From an uncultured Actinomycetes bacterium (GTDB lineage Bacteria; Actinomycetota; Actinomycetes; Streptosporangiales; Streptosporangiaceae), in contig CAVUNW010000044.1 in assembly GCA_963742865.1 (NCBI GenBank), forward strand, positions 22,436-86,435: a DNA stretch of 64,000 nucleotides, given 5' to 3'. Each line of letters begins with the position of its first letter. Position 1 is the stretch's first letter. The notes beneath the pieces are model-generated. The model ran no database searches. It had not been told where the DNA came from and was given only the letters and a program-made list of their open reading frames with translations. Positions 41,624-51,425 of the stretch are shown piece after piece. The position numbers and the translations under genes were made by a program.

Positions 41624-42220
41624 TTAAGCGGCCCTGGCGTGCTGGGCCTTGGTGAAGATCTCCTCGCTCGGCGAGACGCGCCGTCCGCGGGCGAACCCGA
41701 TCCCGGACCCGATAAGGGCGAGCCCGGCCAGGCCGTAGGCGGTGAGGGCAGCGATGTACATGATCTGCGAGGCCTTCCACCAGCCGTATGCGTTCAGCAG
41801 CATGCCGCGCAGTGACTCGCCCTTGAACACGGTGTTGACCAGGCCGGCGAGCTTGGCGTTGTTCGGCTGGGCCAGCGACGCCGCCGACAGCTGGCTGTAG
41901 GTCTTGCCACCGCTCATGTTGGCGATGTGCACGGCGATGAAGTGGTCGGCGTAGGCCTGGGCCTGCTGGCCGGTGAGCAGCTGCTGCCCGGCGTACTGGG
42001 AGACCGACGGGATCATGGAGGGCGTGATCTCGGTGCCGGCCTTGGCGTGTGCGAAGGCCGCCGTGGGCGGGAAGTAGATCTGCTGGGCGGCGAGCTGGTT
42101 GTGGACGGTGTTGTGCACGTACGTAGACCCCCACAGCAGCAGGCTGCCGGCGATGACCAGAATGGCGGCCAGGGCCAGTCCGGCCGCGCTGAGCAGGGTG
42201 TCAAAGGTCTTGCGGCGCAT
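41624..42220 (-). CDS. hypothetical membrane protein (N- and C-terminal TM helices)
   Basis: 198 aa with TM segments LLSAAGLALAAILVIAGSLLLW and IMYIAALTAYGLAGLALIGSGIGF. Confidence 0.55.
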   Translation of the reverse strand: MRRKTFDTLLSAAGLALAAILVIAGSLLLWGSTYVHNTVHNQLAAQQIYFPPTAAFAHAKAGTEITPSMIPSVSQYAGQQLLTGQQAQAYADHFIAVHIANMSGGKTYSQLSAASLAQPNNAKLAGLVNTVFKGESLRGMLLNAYGWWKASQIMYIAALTAYGLAGLALIGSGIGFARGRRVSPSEEIFTKAQHARAA

Positions 42221-42400
42221 GGAAGAGGCCTCCTTCGTGCTGGTCCCCGCGGTCGGGGGCGGGCGTTCGTTCGCGTTCCCCCGGGGATGCGGGGGCCGGT
42301 GCTACTTCCTTGAATCCGGTACTTTCACGATCGCCCCTCCCGCCCCGGTACCGTCACGGCGTAACGTCCCCGCCGCATGGGATAAAGGCACCGGCTGAAA

Positions 42401-42414
42401 AGGACTTCTGTCAC
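42401..42414. promoter_or_regulatory. DosR-box-like sequence AGGACTTCTGTCAC
   Basis: 12/14 match to the GGGACTWWAGTCCC core remembered from mycobacterial DosR sites. It lies about 165 nt upstream of the CBS-BON gene. Confidence 0.2.
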
Positions 42415-42576
42415 CGGGAGAAAAGCCGGCCCTGGGCCCGCGCCGGTAAACGCGCAGGAGATGGTGGGCGCACGTCACCCGACCAAGGTCCGCTGACCTG
42501 GGGACATTCAGCCGTGGTGCCGGGCGGCCCGGAGCGGAACCCTGAAATCGTCAGGCCGTAGGCCTAAGGGGTGAGC

Positions 42577-43479
42577 ATGATGAGACGGACCGATATTTAC
42601 CTTGACGGCATGCTCCGGCATCTGGGCGCGGCTTATTACGACTCCCTGCACGGCCGGGCCACTCGCACTGATGTCGCCCGGGCGCTGGACTCCGTCGAAG
42701 ATCATCTCGCCGAGCACGGTACGCAGGCCGCGGCCGGAACGGCGGGTGCCCGCAAGCCAGGCCCCCGCAAGGTCCGCCATCCTGGCCACTGGAAGCGGCG
42801 GGTCCAGGACGTGATGACCACCTCGGTGGTGACCGTCGACCGGATCACTCCGTACAAGGAGATCGCCGAGCTGCTGGCCAAGCACCAGATCAGTGGCGTC
42901 CCGGTCCTGACCATGGGCCGTCACGTCGCCGGCGTCGTCTCCGAGGCGGACCTGCTCGAGGTCGAGGAAGAGCACGCCCGCCGGGCCCGCGGAGCTGGCG
43001 CCGGGCGGCTGCACCTGCCGGGCCGCCGGCCCGCGCATGGGAACCTCACCGCGGGCGACCTGATGACCGCACCCGCGATCACCATCCACCCGGACGCACC
43101 GATCCCCACCGCGGCCCGGGTCATGACGACCCACCGGGTCTGCCCGGCTGCCGGTGGTGGACCCCGAGGGCAAGCTGATCGGGATCGTCGCCCGGCGAGA
43201 CTTGCTGAGCGTGTTCCTGCGGCCTGACGAGGAGATCGCTGCCGACGCCACCGAACTGCTCGACGACGTGATGCGCGCCGACCCGGCTACGGTCAGGGCC
43301 GTGGTGCGGAACGGCCGGATCATCCTCAATGGCACCACCAGCGGGCCCGAGGAAGAAGAGCTGATCCAGGTCGCAATGCGGCTGCTCTGGGACGTGGACG
43401 GGGTCGTCGACGTCATCAGCCGGGTCAACCGGCCGGCCCGCAGCCCGTCACGACGGCAGGCCGGGAGGACAGTCCTTAA
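42577..43479 (+). pseudogene. CBS-pair plus BON-domain protein, apparently with two compensating frame breaks (about 43145 and 43430)
   Basis: CBS motifs VMTTSVVTV..ISGVPVL and LMTAPAITI are in frame 1. The segment PVVDPEGKLIGIVARRDLLSVF...RNGRIILNGTT...VDGVVDV is in frame 2. A TAATAA double stop at 43477-43482 is back in frame 1. The end point is uncertain. Confidence 0.6.
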
Positions 43480-43577
43480 TAACCGTGACGCCGGCACCGT
43501 GGTGTTCCGCACTGGGTGTGCCGGACGCCGCCATAGCGGCCCCGCAGGAAGCAGCGGCGCACCTCCTGCGGGGCTCT

Positions 43578-43625
43578 GGCATCGTCTGGTTGGGGCATCG
43601 TCTGGTTGGGGCATCGTCTGGTTGG
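43578..43625. repeat. 16-bp x 3 tandem repeat (GGCATCGTCTGGTTGG)
   Basis: Read directly from the sequence. The period is not a multiple of 3. It lies between convergent genes. Confidence 0.7.
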
Positions 43626-43669
43626 CCCCCCATCCGGGGGCATTCGGCGTGCTACCGCAGGCGCCGTCT

Positions 43670-44287
43670 TCAGGCGCTGTAATGCCCGGTCCAACGCGGG
43701 CCGGTGGTCCGCCATTCGGCGTCCCAGGCCCGCATGCGCCGCCGGTCGAGGACACGGTGGCCCAGTACGTGCAGGCCCACCAGCGCGAGGGTGAGCAGGA
43801 GCCCCGTCGATGCCGAGCCGACGAACACGCTACTGACGATGTCGGCGTGGCTCTCGGGGGGGTCGATCGCGGAACCGGAGGCGTCCGTCCAGATGGTGAC
43901 GGCGGTGCCTTTCGCCTTGCCGGCGGCGGCCAGTACCTGCCCGTAGTGAATCGTGCCGTTGGGTCCCACCCACCGGGCGGAGACCCACGCGGTCTCTACG
44001 CCCGAGTAGGGGTCAGGGCTGCCGTGCGCGGGAGCCGGCCGGGTGAGCATGGCGCTGGCCTGATGCTCCGTCGCCCGTTCGGCCTGCGCCTGGCGGAGGC
44101 CCGCGTGATAGACCGCCCGGCCCACGCCGATCGAGGCCAGCGGTACCCCGGCCAGGATCACGATCAGGACGATGAGCCGCAGCGCGACCTCGAGCCGGTC
44201 AGCGGGACGGCGGAGCGGATTACGGTCCAGGCCCAGCCAGCGGGCGCATCGCGTCCACCGGGCCGGCCGGTCTATGGGCGCGCCCAT
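43670..44287 (-). CDS. Rv1733c-like membrane protein
   Basis: NPLRRPADRLE..TM..RPAPAHG..ARW..G...TIWTD..G..TM..RRRMRAWDAEW is the pattern of the Rv1733c family. ATG 44287 lies 8 nt after GGAGG. Confidence 0.7.
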   Translation of the reverse strand: MGAPIDRPARWTRCARWLGLDRNPLRRPADRLEVALRLIVLIVILAGVPLASIGVGRAVYHAGLRQAQAERATEHQASAMLTRPAPAHGSPDPYSGVETAWVSARWVGPNGTIHYGQVLAAAGKAKGTAVTIWTDASGSAIDPPESHADIVSSVFVGSASTGLLLTLALVGLHVLGHRVLDRRRMRAWDAEWRTTGPRWTGHYSA

Positions 44288-44324
44288 GGCGATCACCTCC
44301 AGGCGAGGGGTGCCCGCCGAGGAC

Positions 44325-44642
44325 CTAATCCTCCGGCCCCGCGGGCTTGGTGAGAAGTGCGGTGGCCGCATCGGCCGCCCGCCCGGGTAGTACGACGATG
44401 GTGCCGTGGGCCGCCGTGATGGCCGCCTGCGACACACGGTAGTGGTGGCCGCAGAGCAGCAGATCGACGGAGCGGGGCCGGGACGCCGACGCGGGCATGG
44501 TAACCCGCACCACCGGTCGCCCGGGACAGCAGCAAGCTCGGAACTCCGGCCCAGGCGCGGGGAGCCGCTCGGCCGCGGCTGCGGCCGAGGTGCCGGGCGC
44601 GACCTCCGGGGCCTCGCTGTGGGAGGGAAATCGTGGCTTCAT
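44325..44642 (-). CDS. small Cys/His protein (DUF7455-like: ..VVRV..DLLLCGHHYR..)
   Basis: 105 aa. It appears co-oriented and operonic with the Rv1733c-like gene (37-nt gap). Confidence 0.45.
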   Translation of the reverse strand: MKPRFPSHSEAPEVAPGTSAAAAAERLPAPGPEFRACCCPGRPVVRVTMPASASRPRSVDLLLCGHHYRVSQAAITAAHGTIVVLPGRAADAATALLTKPAGPED

Positions 44643-44699
44643 GCTCCCAGGATGGTTCCCGGCGTGACCCGATCCCAGAGACCTAACTCACACGGCCAA

Positions 44700-44713
44700 A
44701 GGCCTTAGGTCCC
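44700..44713. promoter_or_regulatory. DosR-box-like sequence (minus-strand reading GGGACCTAAGGCCT)
   Basis: 11/14 match to the remembered core. It lies about 60 nt upstream of the start at 44642. Confidence 0.2.
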
Positions 44714-45051
44714 GTCCACCCACGGCCCCAGGGACGGGGCGCCAGCACGACCCATACCGGCCCGCCGGTGAACGTCGGCGGCAGCTCGGCTGCCGCCGAA
44801 GGAAGTGCCGCCGTCCGTGGCCGGCCGGGACCAGCGGATGTCCCAGAAAAGATCAAGGACGGGAAGGATCGTGCCCGCTTCTCGCGGATCCGGATTGCGC
44901 GGTGCGCGGCCGTCTCACCGGGACCGTTACCCCGCGTCTGCTCGTGATCCTTCCCGTCAGTCCTTACTTCAGCCGGGTCCGGTCGGGCCGCCTAGATCAC
45001 AACGGCCCGCCGGGCCGTGACCTTGGTCCGCATTCGCGGGCCCGCGGGTCA

Positions 45052-45065
45052 GGGACTTTTTCCCC
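45052..45065. promoter_or_regulatory. DosR-box-like sequence GGGACTTTTTCCCC
   Basis: Perfect left half-site GGGACT and a degenerate right half. It lies 57-70 nt upstream of the hydrogenase operon start. Confidence 0.25.
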
Positions 45066-45121
45066 TAACGCATCCGGCTGCCCGCGCCGAGAATGGCGAC
45101 CCGGGGCGGTGAGGAGAGGTT

Positions 45122-46252
45122 ATGGACCCAGCCACGCACCAGCGGGTGATTGCCCGTGCCGACCTGGATCAGCTGCTGACGGCGATCGCCAGGCGCGGGT
45201 TCCGGCTGATCGGCCCGACTGCTCGGGACGGCGCCATCGTCTACGACGACATAGCGTCTTCCGCCGATCTGCCCGCAGGGTGGACCGACGAACAGGACGG
45301 CGGCCATTACCGCCTGCGCCGCCGCGACGACGAGGCGCTCTTCGGATACGCCGTGGGCCCGCAGTCGTGGAAGCGATACCTTTTCCCGCCCACCAGCATG
45401 GTCTGGCGGAGCGGCGACGCCACGGACGTCACGGACGCCGGACCGCCGATGGCGTTTATCGGCGTGCGCTCGTGTGAGCTGAGCGCGATCGCGATCCAGG
45501 ACCGGGTGTTCCTGGGCGGCGCGCACACCGATCCGGTCTACGCGGACCGGCGTGAGGGAGCGTTCCTGGTCGCCGTGAATTGCGGCCAGGCGGCCGGTAC
45601 GTGCTTCTGCGTGTCGATGGCGGCAGGCCCCCGGGCCGAGTCCGGCTTCGACCTGGCCCTGACCGAACTGCTGGACGGTGCGCGGCACGAGTTCGTGGTG
45701 GAGATTGGCAGCAGCCGTGGCGCCGACGTGATAAGTGAGGTCACCAGCCAGCCGGCGGAACCTGCGCAGACGCGCGCCGCCGGGGAGGTGACCGAGCGCA
45801 CCGCCGCGTCCATGGGGCGGCAGCTGGACACCGGCGGAATCAAGGACCTGCTGTACGGCAACTTCGAGAACCCGCGCTGGGACGACGTGGCGGGGCGCTG
45901 CCTGAGCTGCGGAAACTGCACCATGGTCTGCCCGACCTGTTTCTGCTTCAGTATTACGGACGTTACTGATCTGGCCGGGACCGCGGAGCAGCAGCGGTCC
46001 TGGGACTCCTGCTTCACCCTCGACCACTCCTACCTGCACGGCGGCTCGGTGCGGACGTCCAGCCGCTCGCGGTACCGGCAGTGGATGACGCACAAGCTGG
46101 CCACCTGGATCGACCAGTTCGGCACGTCGGGCTGCGTCGGCTGCGGCCGGTGCATCACTTGGTGCCCGGTCGGCATCGACATCACCGAAGAGGCCGCCGC
46201 GATCCGGGCCAGTGACGGGGACACGGCAGGGCAGGCCGATGGAGACGCTTGA
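45122..46252 (+). CDS. 4Fe-4S dicluster protein (group 3b hydrogenase HyhB / AsrA-like subunit)
   Basis: [16 protein letters not shown] and [12 protein letters not shown] ferredoxin motifs. First gene of the hydrogenase operon. Confidence 0.75.
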   Translation: MDPATHQRVIARADLDQLLTAIARRGFRLIGPTARDGAIVYDDIASSADLPAGWTDEQDGGHYRLRRRDDEALFGYAVGPQSWKRYLFPPTSMVWRSGDATDVTDAGPPMAFIGVRSCELSAIAIQDRVFLGGAHTDPVYADRREGAFLVAVNCGQAAGTCFCVSMAAGPRAESGFDLALTELLDGARHEFVVEIGSSRGADVISEVTSQPAEPAQTRAAGEVTERTAASMGRQLDTGGIKDLLYGNFENPRWDDVAGRCLSCGNCTMVCPTCFCFSITDVTDLAGTAEQQRSWDSCFTLDHSYLHGGSVRTSSRSRYRQWMTHKLATWIDQFGTSGCVGCGRCITWCPVGIDITEEAAAIRASDGDTAGQADGDA

Positions 46253-46712
46253 GCGCGAACTGCGCGGCCATCCGTTCGTCGGTGACCTGGAGCCCGCGTA
46301 CCTGGCCCTGCTGGCCGGCTGTGCCGCGAACGTGAAGTTCCCGGCGGGCCGGTTCCTGTTCCGTGAGGGCACCCGCGCCCGCCAGTGCTTCCTGCTCCGG
46401 GAGGGCAGGGTCGCGCTGGAGATCGCGGCCCTGGGCCGCGGCCCCATCATCATCGAGACCCTGACCGCCGGGGAGGTGGCCGGCTTCTCCTGGCTGCTGG
46501 AACCGCACCTGTGGCAATTCGACGGCCGGTCTATCGATCCGGTCCGGGCCATCGCCCTGGACGGCGACTGCCTCCGCGCCAAATGCGAGCGGGATCCGCA
46601 GCTCGGGTTCGAGCTCATGCGCCGCTTCGCCCGCCTGGCGACCGGCCGGCTCCAGTCCACCCGGCTCCGGTTGCTCGACGTCTACGGGAACGCTCATGCG
46701 GCCCCTCGCTGA
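46239..46712 (+). CDS. cyclic-nucleotide-binding-domain protein
   Basis: [21 protein letters not shown]...[10 protein letters not shown] shows the cNMP-binding beta-roll pattern. It overlaps both neighbouring genes. Confidence 0.65.
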   Translation: METLERELRGHPFVGDLEPAYLALLAGCAANVKFPAGRFLFREGTRARQCFLLREGRVALEIAALGRGPIIIETLTAGEVAGFSWLLEPHLWQFDGRSIDPVRAIALDGDCLRAKCERDPQLGFELMRRFARLATGRLQSTRLRLLDVYGNAHAAPR

Positions 46713-47553
46713 GGCCGTTCCCGGGGTTATCCGGCCCTGGCTTGACCGGGAGCCCTGGCGGGTGGCCGTCACGCGGCGGGAATCGCCCGACACGGTCACG
46801 CTGGACCTCGAGCCACCGCCCGGACGTGGGTTCTCCTTCCAGCCGGGCCAGTTCAACATGCTCTATGTCTTCGGGGTCGGTGAGGTGCCGATCTCGGTCA
46901 GCGGCGATCCCGACGCGCCCGGCCCGGTCCGGCATACGATCCGCGACGTCGGCCCGGTCACGCACGCGCTGTGCACCCGGCAGCCCGGTCAGGAGGTCGG
47001 CGTACGCGGGCCCTACGGCACGCACTGGCCGCTGGCCGGGGCCGAAGGCGGCGACGTGGTGGTCGTGGCGGGGGGTGTTGGGCTGCCGCCCCTGCGCCCC
47101 GCCATCTGCCGCCTGCTCGCCCGCCGGGACCGCTATCGCCGGATCGTGCTCCTGTACGGCGCGCGGACCCCGGCCGACCTGCTGTTTCCCGGCGAGCTGG
47201 CGGACTGGCGCAGCCGGTTCGACCTGGATGTCGAGGTCACCGTGGACGCGGCGTCCGGTGACTGGCGCGGCGACGTCGGGGTGGTGCCCGACCTCATCGG
47301 CCGGGCGGCGTTCGACCCGGCCGCCACGACTGCGTTCGTGGTGGGGCCGGAGATCATGATGCGGTTCACGGTGCGCGCGCTGACCCGGGCGGGCCTGCCC
47401 GATGCGCAGATCTACCTGTCGGCCGAACGGAACATGCAATGTGCCACGGCCATGTGCGGGCACTGCCAGCTCGGCCCGTTCCTGGTGTGCCGTGACGGGC
47501 CGGTGTTCTGCTACCGGGCGCTGGCCCCGTGGATCTCGAGACGGGAGGCGTGA
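46696..47553 (+). CDS. FAD/NAD(P)-binding oxidoreductase with C-terminal 2Fe-2S site (HyhG / AsrB-like)
   Basis: [31 protein letters not shown] and C-terminal [12 protein letters not shown]. Confidence 0.75.
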   Translation: MRPLAEAVPGVIRPWLDREPWRVAVTRRESPDTVTLDLEPPPGRGFSFQPGQFNMLYVFGVGEVPISVSGDPDAPGPVRHTIRDVGPVTHALCTRQPGQEVGVRGPYGTHWPLAGAEGGDVVVVAGGVGLPPLRPAICRLLARRDRYRRIVLLYGARTPADLLFPGELADWRSRFDLDVEVTVDAASGDWRGDVGVVPDLIGRAAFDPAATTAFVVGPEIMMRFTVRALTRAGLPDAQIYLSAERNMQCATAMCGHCQLGPFLVCRDGPVFCYRALAPWISRREA

Positions 47554-48335
47554 TGACCAGCCCGGGCCGCCCCACGCTGGCGGTGTGGAAGTTCGCCTCC
47601 TGCGATGGGTGCCAGCTGACCCTGCTGAACTGCGAAGACGAGCTGGCCGAGGTCGCCGCGGCGGTGCAGATCGCGAGCTTCATCGAGGCGTCGCGGGAGG
47701 TGGCCGCCGGGCCCTATGACCTGTCGCTGGTGGAGGGGTCCATAACTACCCCGGCTGACGCCGAGCGCATCCGGGCCGTCCGTGACGCGTCGCGGTTCCT
47801 GGTCACCATCGGCGCCTGCGCCACCTCCGGTGGCATTCAGGCGCTGCGGAACTTCCGCGCGGTCGGCGAATACCTCCCGGTGGTGTACGCGCGCCCGGAC
47901 TATATCGACACCCTGCGGACGTCGACCCCGATCGCCGACCACGTCCGGGTCGACTTCGAACTGCGCGGCTGCCCCATCGACAAGCGCCAGCTGCTCGACG
48001 TGATCACCGCATTCCTGAACGGCCGCAAGCCCAGCATCCCCGGGTACAGCGTCTGCCTCGAGTGCAAGCGGGCCGGGTTCACGTGTGTGATGGTGGCGCA
48101 CGGCACGCCGTGCCTGGGCCCGGTGACCCAGGCCGGGTGCGGGGCGCTCTGCCCCTCCTGCGCTCGCGGCTGCTACGGCTGCTTCGGTCCCATGGAGACC
48201 CCGAACACCGCCGCGCTGGCCGCCCGGTGGCGCGAGCTCGGCGTTTCCCGTCCCGATGTGGCCCGCGCGTTCCGCACGTTCAACGCGAACTCACCTCCGT
48301 TCCGGAAAGAGGCGGAGTCCAATGACGGGCCCTAG
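47553..48335 (+). CDS. NiFe hydrogenase small subunit (NuoB-like, group 3b HyhS)
   Basis: [15 protein letters not shown], and distal Cys clusters CLECK..C..C and [15 protein letters not shown] overlap with the upstream gene. Confidence 0.8.
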   Translation: MTSPGRPTLAVWKFASCDGCQLTLLNCEDELAEVAAAVQIASFIEASREVAAGPYDLSLVEGSITTPADAERIRAVRDASRFLVTIGACATSGGIQALRNFRAVGEYLPVVYARPDYIDTLRTSTPIADHVRVDFELRGCPIDKRQLLDVITAFLNGRKPSIPGYSVCLECKRAGFTCVMVAHGTPCLGPVTQAGCGALCPSCARGCYGCFGPMETPNTAALAARWRELGVSRPDVARAFRTFNANSPPFRKEAESNDGP

Positions 48336-49658
48336 CGCGGCCTCCGGCGACCCGGCCGGCGGGCGTACCATCAGCGGCCTTTCCATCCAGGTCAAGGCGC
48401 TGGCCCGGGTCGAGGGGGAGGGCGGCCTGCATGTCGTCGTCCGGGACGGCCGCGTCACCGACGCCCGGCTGAACATCTACGAGCCGCCGCGCTTCTTCGA
48501 GGCGCTGCTGCGCGGGCGCCGGTCCGACGAGGTGCCGGACATCACGTCCCGGATCTGCGGGATCTGCCCGATCGCCTACCAGATGAGCGCGTGCCAGGCC
48601 ATCGAGGACGCCTGCGGCGCGATCATCCCGCCGCCGATCCTGGACCTGCGCCGCCTCATCTACTGCGGCGAGTGGATCGAGAGCCACGCCCTGCACATCT
48701 ACCTGCTGCACGCGCCGGACTTCCTCGGGTACGAGAGCGGCCTGCACATGGCCCAGGACCGGCCGGACCTGCTGGCCCGCGGCCTGCGGCTGAAGAAGGC
48801 CGGGAACCGGCTGATGGAGGTCATCGGGGGCCGCGCCGTCCACCCGGTCAACGTCCGCGTCGGCGGCTTCTACCGCGCCCCGGCCGGCGAAGCCTCGACG
48901 AGCTGCGGGCCACCCTGGATCAGGCGCGCGAGGACGCGCTGGCGACCGTCCGCTGGGTGGCGGGCTTCCCGTTCCCGGACTTCAGCCAGGACTACCAGTT
49001 CGTCGCGCTGCGCCACCCGTCCGATTACCCCATCACCGCCGGTCGTGTGGTTTCCAGCCGGGGCCTCGACATCGCCGTCCGCGATTACGACCAGCACTTC
49101 ACCGAGATACAGGTCCCGCACGCCACGGCGCTGCACTCGGTGCTGCACGGCGGCGGGACCTACCTGGTCGGGCCGATGGCCCGGTACAGCCTGAACGCCG
49201 ACCGGCTGCCCGCCACGGTCACGGACGCGGCGCGCGCGGCGGGACTGGGCGCCACCTGCACAAACCCGTTCCGCAGCATCATCGTCCGCGCCGTCGAGAC
49301 CCTGTACGCGTGCGAGGAGGCTATCCGGCTGCTCGACGCCTACCAGCCACCGGAGCCCGCCTGCGCCGAGGTCCTGCCGCGCGCCGGGACCGGTTACGGG
49401 GCCACCGAGGCGCCCCGCGGCCTGCTGTACCACCGCTACCAGATCAACGGGGACGGGACCGTCGCGGCGGCCACGATCATCCCGCCCACGTCGCAGAACC
49501 AGCGGGTGATCGAATCCGATCTGCGGGAGTTCGTCGCCGACCGGCTCGATCTGCCACACGACCGTCTGACCTGGCAGTGCGAGCAGGCCGTGCGCAGCTA
49601 TGACCCGTGCATCTCCTGTGCGGCGCACTTCCTCGACCTGAGGGTGGAGCGCTCGTGA
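48322..49658 (+). pseudogene. NiFe hydrogenase large subunit (group 3b HyhL), one frame break near 48885
   Basis: The N-terminal ligand motif [10 protein letters not shown] is in ORF 48256-49194. The C-terminal motif DPCISCAAH is in ORF 48591-49658. Confidence 0.85.
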
Positions 49659-50176
49659 CCGCCCGCGGCGGCGCGGGATGCCGCGTACTTGTGATCGGCA
49701 TCGGCAACACCTACCGCGGCGACGACGGCGCCGGCCTCACTGTGGCGGAGTGGATCACCGCGGCCGCCCCGCCGGACGTCACCGTGCTCCGGCACGAGGG
49801 CGAGCCGGTGGCACTGCTGGAGACCTGGGACCCGGCGGCCGACGTATACCTGGTCGACACGGTGTGCTCCGGTGGTCAGCCGGGAAATGTCTACCGGTTC
49901 GACATTACGGCCGAGCCGCTGGCGGCCCGGCTGAGCCCGCACGGCACCCACGCGCTCGGCGTCGCCGACGCCGTCGAGCTGGCCCGGGCCCTCGGCCGCC
50001 TTCCGCGGCGGCTGGTCAGCTACGGCATCGAGGGCAGTTGTTTCGACACCGGGGCCAGCCTCTCACCGCCGGTCCGCGAGGCGGTCGCGGTGGTGTCGGA
50101 GCGGCTGCTGGCCGAGCTCACCCCGGGCGGCCCACCGGTGACCTATGTCCCCGGTAAGGCACCTGATTCGGGATAA
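49655..50176 (+). CDS. hydrogenase maturation protease (HyaD/HybD family)
   Basis: VLVIGIGNTYRGDDGAG and HGTHALGV. GTGA overlap with the large-subunit stop. Confidence 0.8.
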   Translation: MTARGGAGCRVLVIGIGNTYRGDDGAGLTVAEWITAAAPPDVTVLRHEGEPVALLETWDPAADVYLVDTVCSGGQPGNVYRFDITAEPLAARLSPHGTHALGVADAVELARALGRLPRRLVSYGIEGSCFDTGASLSPPVREAVAVVSERLLAELTPGGPPVTYVPGKAPDSG

Positions 50177-50297
50177 AGATCCCAGGGCAAGAGGCCGGCG
50201 GCCGTAGCGGCGGAGAAAAATGCCGCTGAGGCTCGCCCTGGGACACCTGTGGCGTCACTATTGATCACAAACCCTCCGCAAGCGAAAAGAGAGAGAA

Positions 50298-50738
50298 ATG
50301 CCCGGAATCTTCGTAGGGCTTGACGGTTCGTCCCATTCGCAGGCCGCACTGGACTGGGCCATACGCGAGGCCGGAATCCGCCGTACGCCGCTTACTGTCA
50401 TCACCGTCCACGAGATCGCCGCGAGCGGCTGGGGCGGCTCGATGGAATATCCGGTCGACGATGTACTGGCCCAGGAGGAGGGGAGGGCCGTTCAGGAAGT
50501 CGTGGACAAATCCGCGGCCCAGCTGGGCGACGCTGCCCCGCCGGAGATTACCGTGCAGGCCCTGGTCGGCCAGCCGGCCCCGCTGCTCATCGAGGCATCG
50601 AAGGGCGCCGACCTCCTGGTCGTGGGCTCCCGGGGCAGCGGGGGCTTCGCCCGGCTGCTGCTGGGCTCGGTCAGCACCCAGGTGGCCGAGCACGCGCACT
50701 GCCCCGTCACCATCGTCCGGCACGAACATCGTTCCTAG
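50298..50738 (+). CDS. universal stress protein
   Basis: IFVGLDGSSHSQAALDWA and LLVVGSRGSGGFARLLLGSVSTQVAEHAHCPVTIV. Confidence 0.85.
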   Translation: MPGIFVGLDGSSHSQAALDWAIREAGIRRTPLTVITVHEIAASGWGGSMEYPVDDVLAQEEGRAVQEVVDKSAAQLGDAAPPEITVQALVGQPAPLLIEASKGADLLVVGSRGSGGFARLLLGSVSTQVAEHAHCPVTIVRHEHRS

Positions 50739-50788
50739 CGCCGGTCAGCGTTCAGGGCCGAGGGACTGCGGCGAATTAGCCTTCCCGG

Positions 50789-50843
50789 ACCCGGCGCGGC
50801 CGCCGCCGCGTATGTGACGCACGTGGCGGCGGCCGCGCCGGGT
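50789..50843 (+). terminator. very strong hairpin (17-19 bp GC stem, 17-nt loop) downstream of the USP gene
   Basis: (AC)CCGGCGCGGCCGCCGCC-N17-GGCGGCGGCCGCGCCGG(GT). Confidence 0.5.
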
Positions 50844-50912
50844 TCCTTCGCCTCGATCGCTTATAACGTTCAGGCACTCGCCGACGTCGCCGGATACGTT
50901 ATGGAGGAGCAC

Positions 50913-51410
50913 ATGGAGACCATTCACGGCCTGGCCGAGCTCGAAGCCGCAGTTGGGAAGGAAGCCGGCCCGACAGAGTGGTTCACGATCGACCAGGCCC
51001 GGGTCAACGGGTTCGCGGATGACACGGAGGATCACCAGTGGATCCACGTTGATCCCGAACGGGCCACGGCGGGACCGTTCGGTGGCCCGGTGGCCCATGG
51101 CTTCCTGACGCTGTCGCTGCTCCCGTACCTGATGGGGCAGTTGCGCCGCGTCGAAGGCGTCCGCATGGGTGTCAACTACGGTCTGGACCGGGTTCGCTTC
51201 CCGGCTCCAGTGCTCGTCGGCCGGCGTATTCGTGCCCGGGCGACCATCACCAGCCTGGACAAGATCGGCGGTGACGCCGTGCACATGGTCACCCGGGTCA
51301 CGATTGAGGTGGAGGGCAGCGACAAGCCCGCCTGCGTGGCAGAAATGGTGAGCCGCTACTACTTCGACAGCCCGGTCCTGGAGACGAGTAGCCCGTCCGC
51401 AGGAGAGTAA
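50913..51410 (+). CDS. MaoC-family dehydratase
   Basis: FADDTEDHQWIHVDPERA and GPVAHGFLTLSL (hotdog-fold hydratase motif). ATG 50913 follows GGAGGAG. Confidence 0.75.
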   Translation: METIHGLAELEAAVGKEAGPTEWFTIDQARVNGFADDTEDHQWIHVDPERATAGPFGGPVAHGFLTLSLLPYLMGQLRRVEGVRMGVNYGLDRVRFPAPVLVGRRIRARATITSLDKIGGDAVHMVTRVTIEVEGSDKPACVAEMVSRYYFDSPVLETSSPSAGE

Positions 51411-51425
51411 GTCCCGGGTGTGGGG

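Noticed and set aside
43480-44353. Continuation of ORF 43154-44353 (399 aa) beyond the BON domain
   Set aside because: After about 43440 the translation loses protein-like character, runs through a non-triplet tandem repeat and lies antisense to the Rv1733c-like gene. A TAATAA double stop in the original frame at 43477 is the more plausible end.
50745-50759. 15-nt exact match GTCAGCGTTCAGGGC shared with 53840-53854
   Set aside because: Among about 4e9 position pairs in a GC-biased 64-kb window, a few 15-nt matches are expected by chance. The two copies lie in unrelated contexts and frames.
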